This document shows, piece by piece, positions 37,601 to 47,899 of a stretch of 64,000 bases of DNA. Source of the DNA: Anaeromyxobacter sp. (lineage in GTDB: Bacteria > Myxococcota > Myxococcia > Myxococcales > Anaeromyxobacteraceae); assembly GCA_049840735.1 (NCBI GenBank), contig JASGJN010000020.1, positions 860,720 through 924,719 on the forward strand. The letters run 5' to 3'. Positions within the stretch are counted from its first letter, which is position 1, and the number at the start of each line of letters is the position of its first letter. The notes under the pieces were generated by a model. It was not told the DNA's origin. It saw only the letters and a list, made by a program, of their open reading frames with translations, and made no database searches. Made by a program: the position numbers and the translations under genes.

Positions 37601-37686
37601 CGGTCCTGCCAGAAGGCGTACCAGCGGGCCTCGACCTCGCGGTGCTCGTAGCCCTTCGCGAGCGCGGTGCGGTTCTCGTCGTTCAT
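34606..37686 (-). CDS. valS: Valine--tRNA ligase with Lys/Ala-rich C-terminal extension
   Basis: PPPNVTGSLHLGH, DHAGIATQ, KMSKT and C-terminal coiled coil, followed in frame by an AKKP-rich tail. Confidence 0.97.
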   Translation of the reverse strand: MNDENRTALAKGYEHREVEARWYAFWQDRGYFHGDEHDRTRPPFSIVLPPPNVTGSLHLGHALTATLQDVLIRWKRMSGFNTLWLPGTDHAGIATQMIVEKDLVKTEGKSRHDLGREEFLRRVWTWKEKFGSRIGEQHKALGASLDWQRERFTMDEGLSRAVREVFVRLHEEGLIYREKKLINWCPRCHTALSDLEVVHEEAHPGELWSFAYPLADGSGEIVVATTRPETMLGDTAIAVHPEDERYRAVLGKKVRHPLVDREIPIIGDAILVDPAFGTGAVKVTPAHDFNDFEVGKRHGLEQITVIDNDGKMARNAGPVAGLDRFEARKEVKRLLAERGLDRGTKPHLLPLGRCQRCETVLEPLLSNQWWVRIEPLARPAIEAVEQGKTKFIPEQWTNTYMAWMRDIHDWCISRQLWWGHQIPAWYCPDGHVNVARQAPSACTTCGSTSLEQDADVLDTWFSSGLWPFSTMGWPEQTDTLRTFYPTSVMETGHDIIFFWVARMMMMGLHFMGEVPFRTVYLHPMVRDEKGQKMSKTKGNVIDPLVITDSHGADALRFTLAALTAQGRDIKLAKERIDGYRAFANKLWNASRFALMNLEGFEAGDEDLASMARSPADHWILARLQRAVNETVAALEGFRFNEAATTVYQFVWGELCDWYIELAKEALNGEDAERRRGAQSVLVHCLQTSYRLLHPFMPFITEELWHVLRSHVNASAWADSVFAADYPRTGPVDEAAERRFGPVIGIVDAIRNVRGEMNVPPKAEPRVVIAVADAEALETVRGESARVARLARAAVEVLGGNTAPAAPQTAVAVGPGFELRVHLAGVLDLAAEAARVEKELAKLEQDLAGIEKKLQNPSFVQKAPPEVVEKDRARADELREKRSKLEAHRAMLSGAEPTSDRRDTMENNEQKAPEAAPAAPTMQSVAAEVTEKVTEAAKPVMAAVASAVEAVVEKVKAAGPKARKALKRATAKKPAAKKAAKKPVKKAAKKAPAKKAAKKVAKKPAKKVAAKKAVKKPAKKPARKKGR

Positions 37687-37753
37687 GTGCACGTCCTCCG
37701 GTCCGGCGCGCCGGACCGGGAGCAAGGGGTGGCGGGCGGTGCGCGGTGCGCGC

Positions 37754-39085
37754 CTAGCCCTGGCGCTGCTTCACGAGGCGGTCCAGGTTCTCGCGGATGA
37801 TCGTCTCCGCGAGCTGGGGTACCACCTCCCAGACCACGCGCTCGATCACCTCGCGGGAGGCGCTGGACAGCGCCTCGCGCAGCGCGGCCTCGCCGCCGTC
37901 GGCGCGGGCCGCGCCGGCTACTGGCGCGGGTACGGGGGCCGGCTCGGGCTGATGCCCGGTCGTCTCGGGCGGCGGCACGAACTCGTGCATCGGCGCGAGC
38001 TCGGGCGCGGCGCCCAGGTCGGTGTCCACCTCGGAGGAGGCCTCGTCGAGCGAGACGTCCAGCGCGGCGGCGTCACCCGCCTCCTCGGCCCAGCTGTCCA
38101 CGGGGGACGGCGGGGGCGGGGCGGCGAAGGGCGCGGCGGCCGGCGGCGGGGTGGCCGCCTGGCCGAGATCGAAGAACGCGTCGCGCGACGGGTGCGCCGC
38201 GGCGGGGACGGCGGCGGGGGCCGGAGCGGGCCGGGCCGGAGGCGGCGCGGCGGGCGGCGGCGCAGCCGGGCGCGGAGGCTGGGCCGGGGCGGCCGGGCGG
38301 GCCGCGGCGGGCGGGGCGCCCGGGGGCGGGCGCGCGCCGGGCGGCGGCGCGGCCGGACGCGGCGGAGCGCCGGCGGGCGGACGGGCGCCGGGGGGCGGCG
38401 CAGCCGGGCGCGGGGCGGCGCCCGGGGGCATGGCGGCGGCGGGCGGCCGGGCGCCAGGCGGCGGCGCGGCCGGGCGGGGCGCGGCGGCGGGAGCGCCAGG
38501 CGGGCGGGCGCCGGGCGGCGGCGCGGCCGGGCGCGGCGCGCCGGGCGGCGGGCCACCGGGACGGGCCGCGGCGGGAGGAGGAGCGCCGGCGGGCGGGCGC
38601 GCGCCGGGGGGCGGCGCGGCGGGACGGGGCGCAGCGGCGGCCGGGGCCACCGGGCGGGCCGCAGGGGCCGGCGCAGCGGCGGCCGGCGCGGGCGCCGGGA
38701 CGGCGACGCGGGCGCCGCGGTTCTCGACCAGCTCCTTCACCTTGTTGATGAGGGCCGCGCTCTCGAAGGGCTTGGCGATGTGGCCGTCGGCGCGGGCGGC
38801 GCGGGCGCGGGCCTCGTCGAAGGCCTCGAACGTGCCGGCCAGCAGCAGCACCGGGATGTTGGCCAGCGCCGCGTCGGACTTGATGGCCTCGCAGACCTCG
38901 TAGCCGTTCTTCCGAGGCATCACCACGTCGGCCAGGATGACGTCCGGCCGGAGCTCGCGGGCGCGGGCGATGGCGTCCTCGCCGTTGTCCACCGCGGTGA
39001 CCTTGAAGTCCTCGTTCGCGAACGTGATGCCGACGACCTTCTGGATCGTGATGGAGTCGTCCGCGAGGAGCAGGTTCTTGGGCAT
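37754..39085 (-). CDS. romR: Polarity response regulator RomR
   Basis: REC (MPKNLLLADDSITI...GTFEAFDE), Pro-rich linker and C-terminal REVIERVVWEVVPQLAETIIRE; adjacent to valS as in Myxococcus. Confidence 0.88.
   Translation of the reverse strand: MPKNLLLADDSITIQKVVGITFANEDFKVTAVDNGEDAIARARELRPDVILADVVMPRKNGYEVCEAIKSDAALANIPVLLLAGTFEAFDEARARAARADGHIAKPFESAALINKVKELVENRGARVAVPAPAPAAAAPAPAARPVAPAAAAPRPAAPPPGARPPAGAPPPAAARPGGPPPGAPRPAAPPPGARPPGAPAAAPRPAAPPPGARPPAAAMPPGAAPRPAAPPPGARPPAGAPPRPAAPPPGARPPPGAPPAAARPAAPAQPPRPAAPPPAAPPPARPAPAPAAVPAAAHPSRDAFFDLGQAATPPPAAAPFAAPPPPSPVDSWAEEAGDAAALDVSLDEASSEVDTDLGAAPELAPMHEFVPPPETTGHQPEPAPVPAPVAGAARADGGEAALREALSSASREVIERVVWEVVPQLAETIIRENLDRLVKQRQG
38250..38650 (-). 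repeat. Coding imperfect tandem repeat (PRPAAPPPGARPP-like, ~5-6 copies) in the RomR linker
   Basis: Repeated peptide visible in the translation. Confidence 0.75.
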
Positions 39086-39222
39086 GGATGGTCCGGGCCG
39101 TCGGGGGTCTGGAGGACGTCTTCCAGTAACGCCGCGGTTCCCCGAATGTCAAGTTTTGCCAGGCTTTTGCGCCGGTTCACCGCTACGCCGGGCCGGGTCC
39201 GGAACACGGCGCTCGCGAGCCC

Positions 39223-39390
39223 GCGGGGTGGGGGCCCCCAGCGCAGCTGGGGGAGGGGCGCAGCCCCTCATCGGCGGATAGCGCGCAAGGCCGTCAGGCC
39301 GCAGCGCGCTCGGCTCCGCCGCAGCAGGGGGTGGGGCCCCGACGTCCTTCGACAGGCTCAGGACGGCGGGGCGGGGGCCGCAGGCCCCCG
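39223..39390. repeat. Two family B REP-like elements; the second carries a short family A unit in its loop
   Basis: 39223-39269 GGGGTGGGGGCCCCCAGC-GCA-GCTGGGGGAGGGGCGCAGCCCCTC; 39327-39390 GGGGGTGGGGCCCCG[ACGTCCTTCGACAGGCTCAGGACGG]CGGGGCGGGGGCCGCAGGCCCCCG. Confidence 0.65.
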
Positions 39391-39424
39391 TGTGATCCTT
39401 CGCTGTTCGGCGCGTGAACGCAGT

Positions 39425-40196
39425 TCACGCGCCGAACAGCGTATCCCAGGGCGGCCGGACCACGTCGCTCCCGCCCTCCCCCACCCCCAGCACGCGATCG
39501 GCGACCACGCCCACCCCGGTGCCGCCCGCGTCCACCAGCAGGACGGTCCGGGGCGGCTGGGCCGGCGGGGCGCCGTACAGGACGCCCAGGTCGATCACCG
39601 GGTGGAGGGCGCGCCCGTGGTAGAGCAGGCCGCGGTGCGAGGCCGGCGTGAGCGGCACCGGCGCCAGGCGCGGCGACTCCAGCACCTGGACCAGCAGGGA
39701 GAGCGGGACGGCGAAGAGCCTCCCGCCGCGGGCGAAGCGGAGCTCCCGCTCGGCGAAGGGGCCCAGATCCGGCGGCTCGCCTGACAGGTCCACGGCCGGC
39801 TCCAGCGGCGCGAACCCCAGGGACCCCACCGCCAGCTCCAGCGCCACCTCCCCGCGCGCCACCACCGCCCCGCTGAACGGGGTGGGTTGCGGTAGGGGGG
39901 TCGGCACGGGCAGCTGGAAGAACTCGGCGTCGGAGAGGTCCACGATGCCGTGGAGGGCCTCGACGCGGAGCGCCACCCGGGGCGTGCCTTCGGTGAGGAG
40001 CGCGAAGGGGGTCCGTCCGCCCGGCAGCCCCAGCACCGTGGAGACGAACGCCACCGGATAGCGCTCGCCGCGCGCGTCGATCTCGCCCCCGTCGGTGGGA
40101 GCGGTCACGATTCTCGCGGAGGTGGGACACGCGGAGGGCGAGTCGCACGCCGCCGGCAGAGAAGAGCAGCGCCTTGCGGTCGACGGGCTGGGCCAC
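39425..40196 (-). CDS. Tandem CheW-like domain protein, apparent frameshift at ~40110
   Basis: LFSAGGVRLAL, GLLYHGRALHPVIDL and GVVADRVLG motifs; upstream of romR. Confidence 0.75.
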
Positions 40197-40219
40197 GCCG
40201 CCATGATATACAGGTTGTG

Positions 40220-41575
40220 ATGACGCCCGCGGTCCTCCTCGTCGATGACGAGCGCTTCGCGCGGACGGTCTATTCGGATTACCTCCGGGCGGCCGGGTGC
40301 GAGGTCGAGGTGGCCCAGGACGCCGAGGCGGCCCTGGGCCTGCTGGAGCACCGGCGCTTCGACGTGCTCCTGACCGACGTGATCCTCCCCGGCTCCTCCG
40401 GGCTGGACCTGCTCACCGTGGCCAAGGGGCTCGACCCCAACCTCGAGGTGGTGGTCATCACCGCCCTCGACAAGGTGGACCCGGCGGTGCGGGCCATGAA
40501 GGCCGGCGCCAGCGACTACCTGGTGAAGCCGGTCACGCCGGAGGGGCTGCAGCTGGCCGTGCAGCGGTGCCTCTCCACCCGGGAGCTGCTGGCGGAGAAC
40601 AAGTCGCTGCGGGCCCACCTCAAGCTCTACGAGGCCGGCCAGCGCATCGCCGCCACGCTCGACCGGGACAAGCTGGTCCCGGCGGCCCTCTCGGCGGTGT
40701 GCAGCGCCTGCGGCTCGATCGCCGCGGCGCTGCTGGAGCGGACGGGCCGCGGCGAGTGGGTGCTCTCCGGGGCCCACGGCCTGGACTACGGCCCGGCGGC
40801 CGAGCTGCTGGAGCGCTGTCGCGCCTCGCTGGCCGAGCTGAAGCCGGAGGTGCCGGGCACGGTGGCGCTGCCGGGTGACGCCGGAGGCAAGGCGCTGCTC
40901 CTGCCGGTGGCCGACGAGGGGACGCTGGCGGGCGCCGTGGCGGTGCTGGTGCAGGGCGAGCTGGACGCGACGGCCCGGGAGGCGGTCGCCTTCCTGTCGC
41001 GCCACCTGGCCCTGGCGCTGCGGAACCTGGGGCGGCTGCAGCAGGTGGAGCACCTCGCCTACCTCGACGACCTCACGCACCTCTACAACACCCGCTACCT
41101 GGACCTGGCGCTGGACCGCGAGCTGGGCGGCGGCCGGCCGTTCACGGTGCTGTTCATGGACCTGGACCGCTTCAAGGCGGTCAACGACGAGCACGGCCAC
41201 CTGTCCGGCTCACGCCTGCTGGTGGAGGTGGCGCGGGTGCTGCGGGCCTGCGTCCGCGACGACGACGTGCTGGTCCGGTACGGCGGGGACGAGTACCTGG
41301 TGCTGCTGGTAGGGATCGACTCCGGCGGCGGCCTCAAGGTGGCCGAGCGGATCCGCCGGGCCATCGAGGACCACCGCTTCCTGTCCCGGGAGGGGCAGCG
41401 GGTGCGGGTCACGGCCTCCATCGGCCTGGCCAGCTTCCCCGAGCACGCCCAGGCCAAGGCCGAGATCCTCGACCTGGCCGACCGCGCCATGTACCGGGGC
41501 AAGCGGTCGAGCCGGAACGTGGTCTACATGGCCTCGCGCGACCTGCCGCCGGTGCCGGCGGGCGAGCGACCGTAG
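40220..41575 (+). CDS. Response regulator diguanylate cyclase (REC-GAF-like-GGDEF)
   Basis: REC domain; DDLTHLYN, DLDRFKAVND and RYGGDEY motifs. Confidence 0.93.
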   Translation: MTPAVLLVDDERFARTVYSDYLRAAGCEVEVAQDAEAALGLLEHRRFDVLLTDVILPGSSGLDLLTVAKGLDPNLEVVVITALDKVDPAVRAMKAGASDYLVKPVTPEGLQLAVQRCLSTRELLAENKSLRAHLKLYEAGQRIAATLDRDKLVPAALSAVCSACGSIAAALLERTGRGEWVLSGAHGLDYGPAAELLERCRASLAELKPEVPGTVALPGDAGGKALLLPVADEGTLAGAVAVLVQGELDATAREAVAFLSRHLALALRNLGRLQQVEHLAYLDDLTHLYNTRYLDLALDRELGGGRPFTVLFMDLDRFKAVNDEHGHLSGSRLLVEVARVLRACVRDDDVLVRYGGDEYLVLLVGIDSGGGLKVAERIRRAIEDHRFLSREGQRVRVTASIGLASFPEHAQAKAEILDLADRAMYRGKRSSRNVVYMASRDLPPVPAGERP

Positions 41576-41635
41576 GCGATATCGGGTCGGGTGGTGTGAC
41601 TGCCCCGGCGCGCGGCGCCGAGCGTGAGAAAGCCC

Positions 41636-41676
41636 AAAAAAACTGCGGGGCCAGGGGCTTTCGCCCTTGGCCCCGC
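41636..41676 (-). terminator. Rho-independent terminator
   Basis: GCGGGGCCAAGGGC-GAAA-GCCCCTGGCCCCGC followed by AGTTTTTTT on the minus strand. Confidence 0.85.
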
Positions 41677-41771
41677 TGACGACGACTGCCGGGTTCCGCC
41701 CTTCCAAGCACGTAGTAGCGGCTGCCCTCGTCATCGACCCACCGGCTCGCGGCGCTCACCGGTTGTCGTAT
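41636..41771 (-). ncRNA. Candidate ~135-nt small RNA
   Basis: Sigma70-like TTGACG-N18-TAGGTT (41807-41778), two predicted stem-loops, then an intrinsic terminator with a U7 tail; no credible ORF. Confidence 0.45.
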
Positions 41772-41880
41772 GTCAATAACCTACCCTGCCCGACGGGCTT
41801 CCGTCAAGCCCAAGAGCGGATCAGGGCCTGATTCCGGGCACTTGGGTTGGGAGAGGCGACCCGCCCCCCACCCGCGGGCG

Positions 41881-42964
41881 CTACTTCTTCTGGCGGTACT
41901 TGCGGATGTCGAAGGCGACGGCGGAGACGATGATGGTCCCCTTCACGATCTGCTGCCAGTAGGGGCTCAGGCCGACGAAGGTCAGGCCGTAGTTGATGAC
42001 GGTGAAGATGACCACGCCCAGCAGGATGCCGGGGATGGTCCCGATACCGCCGGTGACCGACACCCCACCCACCACGCAGGCCGCGATCGCGTCCAGCTCG
42101 TACCCCGTGCCGTAGTTGTTGGTGGCGCCGCCGGTCCGGGCCGCCTCGAGCGTGCCGGCCAGGCCATACAGGCCGCCGGCGATGGCGTACATGATCATCG
42201 TCGTCTTGGCGACGTTGATGCCCGACACGCGGGCGGCCTGCTCGTTGCCGCCCATCGCGTAGACGTTCTTGCCGAACGCCGTCTTGTTCATCAGCACCCA
42301 CATCCCCACCGCCACCACCAGGGCGATGATCACCAGGTAAGGGATGGAGTACGGCCCGGTGCCGATGGCGCCGGTGCCCAGGCTGGTGAAGTCGGACCTG
42401 AGCCCGCCGATGGGCTGCGAGTTGTTGGGCGGGGTGTCGAAGTAGATTCGAGTTCACCCCGTGCACCACCAGCATCATGCCCAGGGTGGCGATGAACGGG
42501 GCCACGCCCAGCTTGGCCACGACGAAGCCGTTGATGAAGCCGGCGATGACGCAGGCCAGCACCGCCAGGACGATGGGGACGACGAGCAGCTGCTGCGGCA
42601 TGTCCGGGTAGAAGAGCCGCAGGTAGTCCGGCGCCTGGAGCATGGACGCCGAGATCACCGCAGCGAACCCGACCATGCGCCCGGCGGACAGGTCCGCGCC
42701 GGCGGTCACGATCGCGAAGAAGGCCCCCAGCGCCACGATGGAGCGGGTGGACGACTGCATCAGCACGTCGCGCAGGGTGCCGATCGACAGGAACTCCGGC
42801 TCGAGCTTGGCGATCACGATCACCAGCAGGACCAGGGCCGTGAAGATGGCGTTGTCGGTGATGAAGCGGAGCGCGCGCCGGAGCAGGTCGTCGACCCTGG
42901 GCGCAGCAGACGGCGGCGGCGGCCCGGGCGGGGTCGAGGAGGAGTCGAGCGGGTTGATGGCCAT
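41881..42964 (-). CDS. mglC: Galactose/methyl-galactoside ABC permease, apparent frameshift at ~42450
   Basis: [30 protein letters not shown] and [13 protein letters not shown] motifs. Confidence 0.9.
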
Positions 42965-42983
42965 GGTGGAGTTCTCTCCTCGG

Positions 42984-44491
42984 CTACATGAACTGTGCGG
43001 CGAGGCGCATGATATCTCTTCCTGGCTGGCGCGCTCACCCTGGACGACGCCGGTCACCCGCCCCTCGCACATCACCATGATCCGGTCGGACATGCCGAGC
43101 AGCTCCGGCATCTCGGAGGAGATCATGATGATGCTCTTCCCCTGGCGGGCCAGCTCCGCGATGATCGTGTAGATTTCGAACTTCGGCGCCCACGTCGATG
43201 CCGCGGGTGGGCTCGTCGAGAAGGAGGATGTCCGGCTCGGTCAGCAGCCACCGCCCGAGCAGCACCTTCTGCTGGTTGCCGCCGGACAGGTCCCGGATGT
43301 GCGTCTTCACCGTGGGCGTCTTCACCCGCAGCCGCTCGACGGTGCGCAGCGCGTCCGCGCGCCGCTTCCGGTCGTTCAGCAGGCCGAAGCGGAGGTAACG
43401 GCGCTGGTTCGCGATGAGCGCGTTCTCCAGGACCGAGAGCGCCGGGAAGATGCCCGAGCCGCGGCGGTCCTCGGTGAGGAGCGCCATCCCGTGCTTCTTG
43501 GCCTGCTCCGGCGACCGGATGACGAACCGGCGCCCCTTGATTCCGATCTCGCCCCGCTGGATGGAGCGGAGGCCGAAGAGCGCCTCCACCAGCTCGGTCC
43601 GCTGCGCGCCCACCAGGCCGCCGATGCCCAGCATCTCGCCCTCGCGCAGCTCGAAGGAGACGTCCTTGAACGAGCGCGGCAGCGGGGAGGTGAGGCCGGC
43701 GACGCGCATCCGGACCGCGCCGGGGACGTTGTGGCGCTCCGGGAAGCGGTGGGTGAGGTCGCGCCCCACCATGCGGTTGATGATGGTGGCCTCGGTCAGC
43801 TCGGCGGCCGGCCAGGTGCCGACGCGCCGGCCGTCGCGCATGATGGTGACCTCGTCGGAGATGCCGGAGGATCTCCTCCATCTTGTGCGAGATGTAGATG
43901 ATGGCGCAGCCGCGCGAGCGCAGGTCGTTGATGATCCGGAACAGGTGCTCCACCTCCACCTCGGTGAGCGAGGAGGTGGGCTCGTCCATGATGATGACCT
44001 TGGACTTGAACGAGACCGCCTTGGCGATCTCCACCAGACTGGATCTTGGACAGCGAGAGGCTCCCCAGGCGCGCGGCGGGGTCGATCGTGATCCCCAGCC
44101 CCTTGAACAGGGCCGCGGTGTCCCGGTACATCGCCCGGTGATCGACGAAGGGGATGGGGCCGAGCTTCCGCTGCGGGAAGCGGCCCAGCCAGATGTTCTC
44201 CATCACGCTGCGGTGCGGGATGGGGTGCAGCTCCTGGTGGATCATCGAGATGCCGTTGTCGAGGGCCTCCTTCGGCCGGCCGATGACCAGCGGCCTGCCC
44301 TCGAGACGGATCTCGCCCCGGTCCGGGTGATAGAGCCCGAACAGGATCTTCATCAGCGTGGACTTGCCGGCGCCGTTCTCGCCCATCAAGGCGTGCACCG
44401 TCCCGGCGCGCACCGTGAGCGAGACGTCATCCAGCGCGCGGACGCCGGGGAACTCCTTCGAGATGCCGACCATCTCCAGCAGGACGCCCAA
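42984..44491 (-). CDS. mglA: Galactose ABC transporter ATPase (two NBDs), four apparent frameshifts
   Basis: [27 protein letters not shown] and [10 protein letters not shown]; frame breaks at ~44035, ~43865, ~43185 and ~43015. Confidence 0.88.
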
Positions 44492-44518
44492 GCCTAGCCT
44501 CCCTTGCTTCCCTGCGGA

Positions 44519-44546
44519 GGGCGGGGGAGCCGGAGCTCCCCCGCCC
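44519..44546. other. Intergenic hairpin between mglB and mglA (mRNA-stabilising or attenuating)
   Basis: GGGCGGGGGAGC-CGGA-GCTCCCCCGCCC, a perfect 12-bp stem. Confidence 0.6.
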
Positions 44547-44567
44547 CTGCAACACCTACGCTACGTT

Positions 44568-45551
44568 CTACATCGCGTCCTTGATGTTGTCCTTGGTGAT
44601 CGGCTTGTACGGCACCCAGACGTACTTGCCGTCGGTGATGTCGTAGCCGACGTTCTCCTTGGTCGGCTTCTGGCCCTGCGCCAGGACGTACGACAGGCTG
44701 AACGTGGCCTTGCCCTGGTTCTTGGCGTCGTTCAGCACGGTGCCGAGCATCGTGCCGTCCTTGAGGGCCTGGATGGCCGGGGCGGTGGCGTCCACGCCGA
44801 CCACCGGCATGAACTTGCCGCCCTTGAAGTAGCCGGCGGCCTTGAGGGCCTCGATGGCGCCGAGGGCCATGTCGTCGTTGTTGGCGAACACGACCTCGAT
44901 GTTCTTGTGGGCGCCGAGGAAGGCGGACATCTTCTCCTGGCCCTTCACGCGATCCCACATGCCGGTGTCCTCGGCCAGCTTCTCGACCTTGAGGCCGGCG
45001 TCGGTGAGCGCCTTGATGGAGAACTTGGTGCGGAGCTCGGCGTCCTGGTGGCCCGGCTCACCCTTGAGCATGACGTACTGGATGACGCCGTCCTTGTTCA
45101 GGTCGGCCTCGGGGTGCTTCTTCCAGTAGTCCACCACCAGCTGGCCGGCCATGGTGCCGGACTGCTCGGCGACGGCGCCGACGTAGTAGGCCTTGTCGTA
45201 CTTGGCCATGTCGTCCTTGAACGGCTCGCGGTTGAAGAACACCACCGGGATGCCGGCCGCCTGGGCCTTCTGGACGATCACGCCCGCCGCCGCCCGGTCG
45301 ACCGGGTTGATGGCGATGGCGTTCATCTTCTTGTTGAGGAACAGGTCGATCTTCTCGTTCTGGGTGGCCTGCTGGTTCTGCGAGTCGACCATGTCGACCT
45401 TGGCCTTGCCCTTGGCCGCGTCGGTGATGGCGTTGCGGACGCCGGTCATGAACGTGTCGTCGTACTTGTAGATGGCGACGCCGATCTTCGGCTCAGCGGC
45501 CTGCGCCACGCCGGCGATCAGAAGCCCGAACAGCGCGATGCTCTTCTTCAT
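44568..45551 (-). CDS. mglB: D-galactose/glucose-binding periplasmic protein
   Basis: IYKYDDTFM, DLNKDGVIQYV, LKGEPGHQDA and ANNDDMALGA motifs. Confidence 0.94.
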   Translation of the reverse strand: MKKSIALFGLLIAGVAQAAEPKIGVAIYKYDDTFMTGVRNAITDAAKGKAKVDMVDSQNQQATQNEKIDLFLNKKMNAIAINPVDRAAAGVIVQKAQAAGIPVVFFNREPFKDDMAKYDKAYYVGAVAEQSGTMAGQLVVDYWKKHPEADLNKDGVIQYVMLKGEPGHQDAELRTKFSIKALTDAGLKVEKLAEDTGMWDRVKGQEKMSAFLGAHKNIEVVFANNDDMALGAIEALKAAGYFKGGKFMPVVGVDATAPAIQALKDGTMLGTVLNDAKNQGKATFSLSYVLAQGQKPTKENVGYDITDGKYVWVPYKPITKDNIKDAM

Positions 45552-45645
45552 CTGACTTCCTCCTGGTGACGACTGCGGTTCGAAGGCACTTCCCTGTACG
45601 ACGGTCCTCCGGCGCCCGATGGTCCGCGCCGGCCCCTGCTACGAC

Positions 45646-46833
<1,188 letters not shown>

Positions 46834-46877
46834 GGCGTCCTCCCGTCGTGCACGCGCGCCCTCCCGCCCGTGATCAG

Positions 46878-47642
46878 CTAGACCAGCCTGATCTCGAGCC
46901 CCTTCTCGCGCAACGCGCGCACGACCTCGGGATTGGCCCCCCGGTCGGTGATGAGCAGGTCGACCTCGTGCAGCTCCGCGTACTTCGCCAGCGCCACCTT
47001 GCCGACCTTGGTCGAGTCGGCCAGCACCACCCGCCGCCGCGCCGCCCTCACGAACAGCGCCTTGATCTCGGCCTCGGCCACGTTGACGTTGGAGACGCCG
47101 TGCTCGGCGTCGATCCCGTTGGCGCCCAGGAAGGCGATGTCCGCCCGCAGCCGGGAGAGGATCAGCTCGCCGAAGGGGTTCACCAGCGAGTGCTGCTTGG
47201 CGCGCAGCGTGCCGCCGGTCACCACCGTGGTGGCCTCCGGATCGCCCTCGAGGATCGCGGCGATGTTGAGCCCGTTGGTGAAGACGGTGGGGCGCTTGCG
47301 CGCGGCCACCAGCTTGCGGGCGGCCTCGGTGACCGTGGTGCCCACGTCGAGGATGACCGTGTCGCCGGGGGAGAGCAGCTCCACCGCGGCCTCGCCGATG
47401 CGCTCCTTCTCCGGGTGGTGGGCCGTCTCTTCGACCTGGAACGGCCGCTCCAGCCCCATCTTCCGGACCAGGATGGCGCCGCCGTGCGTTCGCCGGAGCA
47501 GGCCGTCGCCCTCGAGCACGTCGAGGTCCTGGCGGATCGTGACCTCCGAGACCTCCAGCTGCTTCGCGAGATCAGCCACCAGGCAGCGCCCGTGGCGCTC
47601 CAGGGTCACCAATATCTCGCGGCGCCGCTCCTCGGGAAACAC
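46878..47642 (-). CDS. DeoR/AgaR-family transcriptional repressor
   Basis: VSEVTIRQDL HTH, RTHGGA, LDVGTT and LADSTK motifs. Confidence 0.93.
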   Translation of the reverse strand: MFPEERRREILVTLERHGRCLVADLAKQLEVSEVTIRQDLDVLEGDGLLRRTHGGAILVRKMGLERPFQVEETAHHPEKERIGEAAVELLSPGDTVILDVGTTVTEAARKLVAARKRPTVFTNGLNIAAILEGDPEATTVVTGGTLRAKQHSLVNPFGELILSRLRADIAFLGANGIDAEHGVSNVNVAEAEIKALFVRAARRRVVLADSTKVGKVALAKYAELHEVDLLITDRGANPEVVRALREKGLEIRLV

Positions 47643-47674
47643 CGGCCGCTCCTTTCCCTTCGACGATGAGCGGC

Positions 47675-47830
47675 CTTCTACGTCTGCTTTCGTTTAGCGT
47701 CAATCATTAACGATCGAAGCCCCTTTTCGTTACGTTATGGTCCAGTCAGTACGCCATTGGGGTTACATCAGCGTCTACCTGGCGTCGAAAATGAAAGCAG
47801 CGACAACCCCGGGAGCCGTAGATCTTTCGA
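47675..47830 (-). promoter_or_regulatory. Sigma70-like promoter of the gal operon with candidate DeoR/AgaR operator repeats
   Basis: TTGACG-N17-TAGAAG (47703-47675); several TTTCR motifs, including CTTTCATTTTCG (47797-47786); AT-enriched region. Confidence 0.5.
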
Positions 47831-47899
47831 CATCGAGAACGAATCGCGAAACCGGAGCGGTCCCGAGGACTTGGGACAGAGGCCGGAGGCGGGGCTCCG

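Noticed and set aside
33487..37800. Very long antisense or alternative-frame ORFs (1437 aa here; also 14718-17837, 18432-21020, 54440-56890)
   Set aside because: They are shadow ORFs of real genes caused by high GC3 codon bias and carry no motifs.
41210..41759. Small minus-strand ORFs over the candidate sRNA
   Set aside because: They run through a strong terminator and into the antisense of the GGDEF gene, with no RBS.
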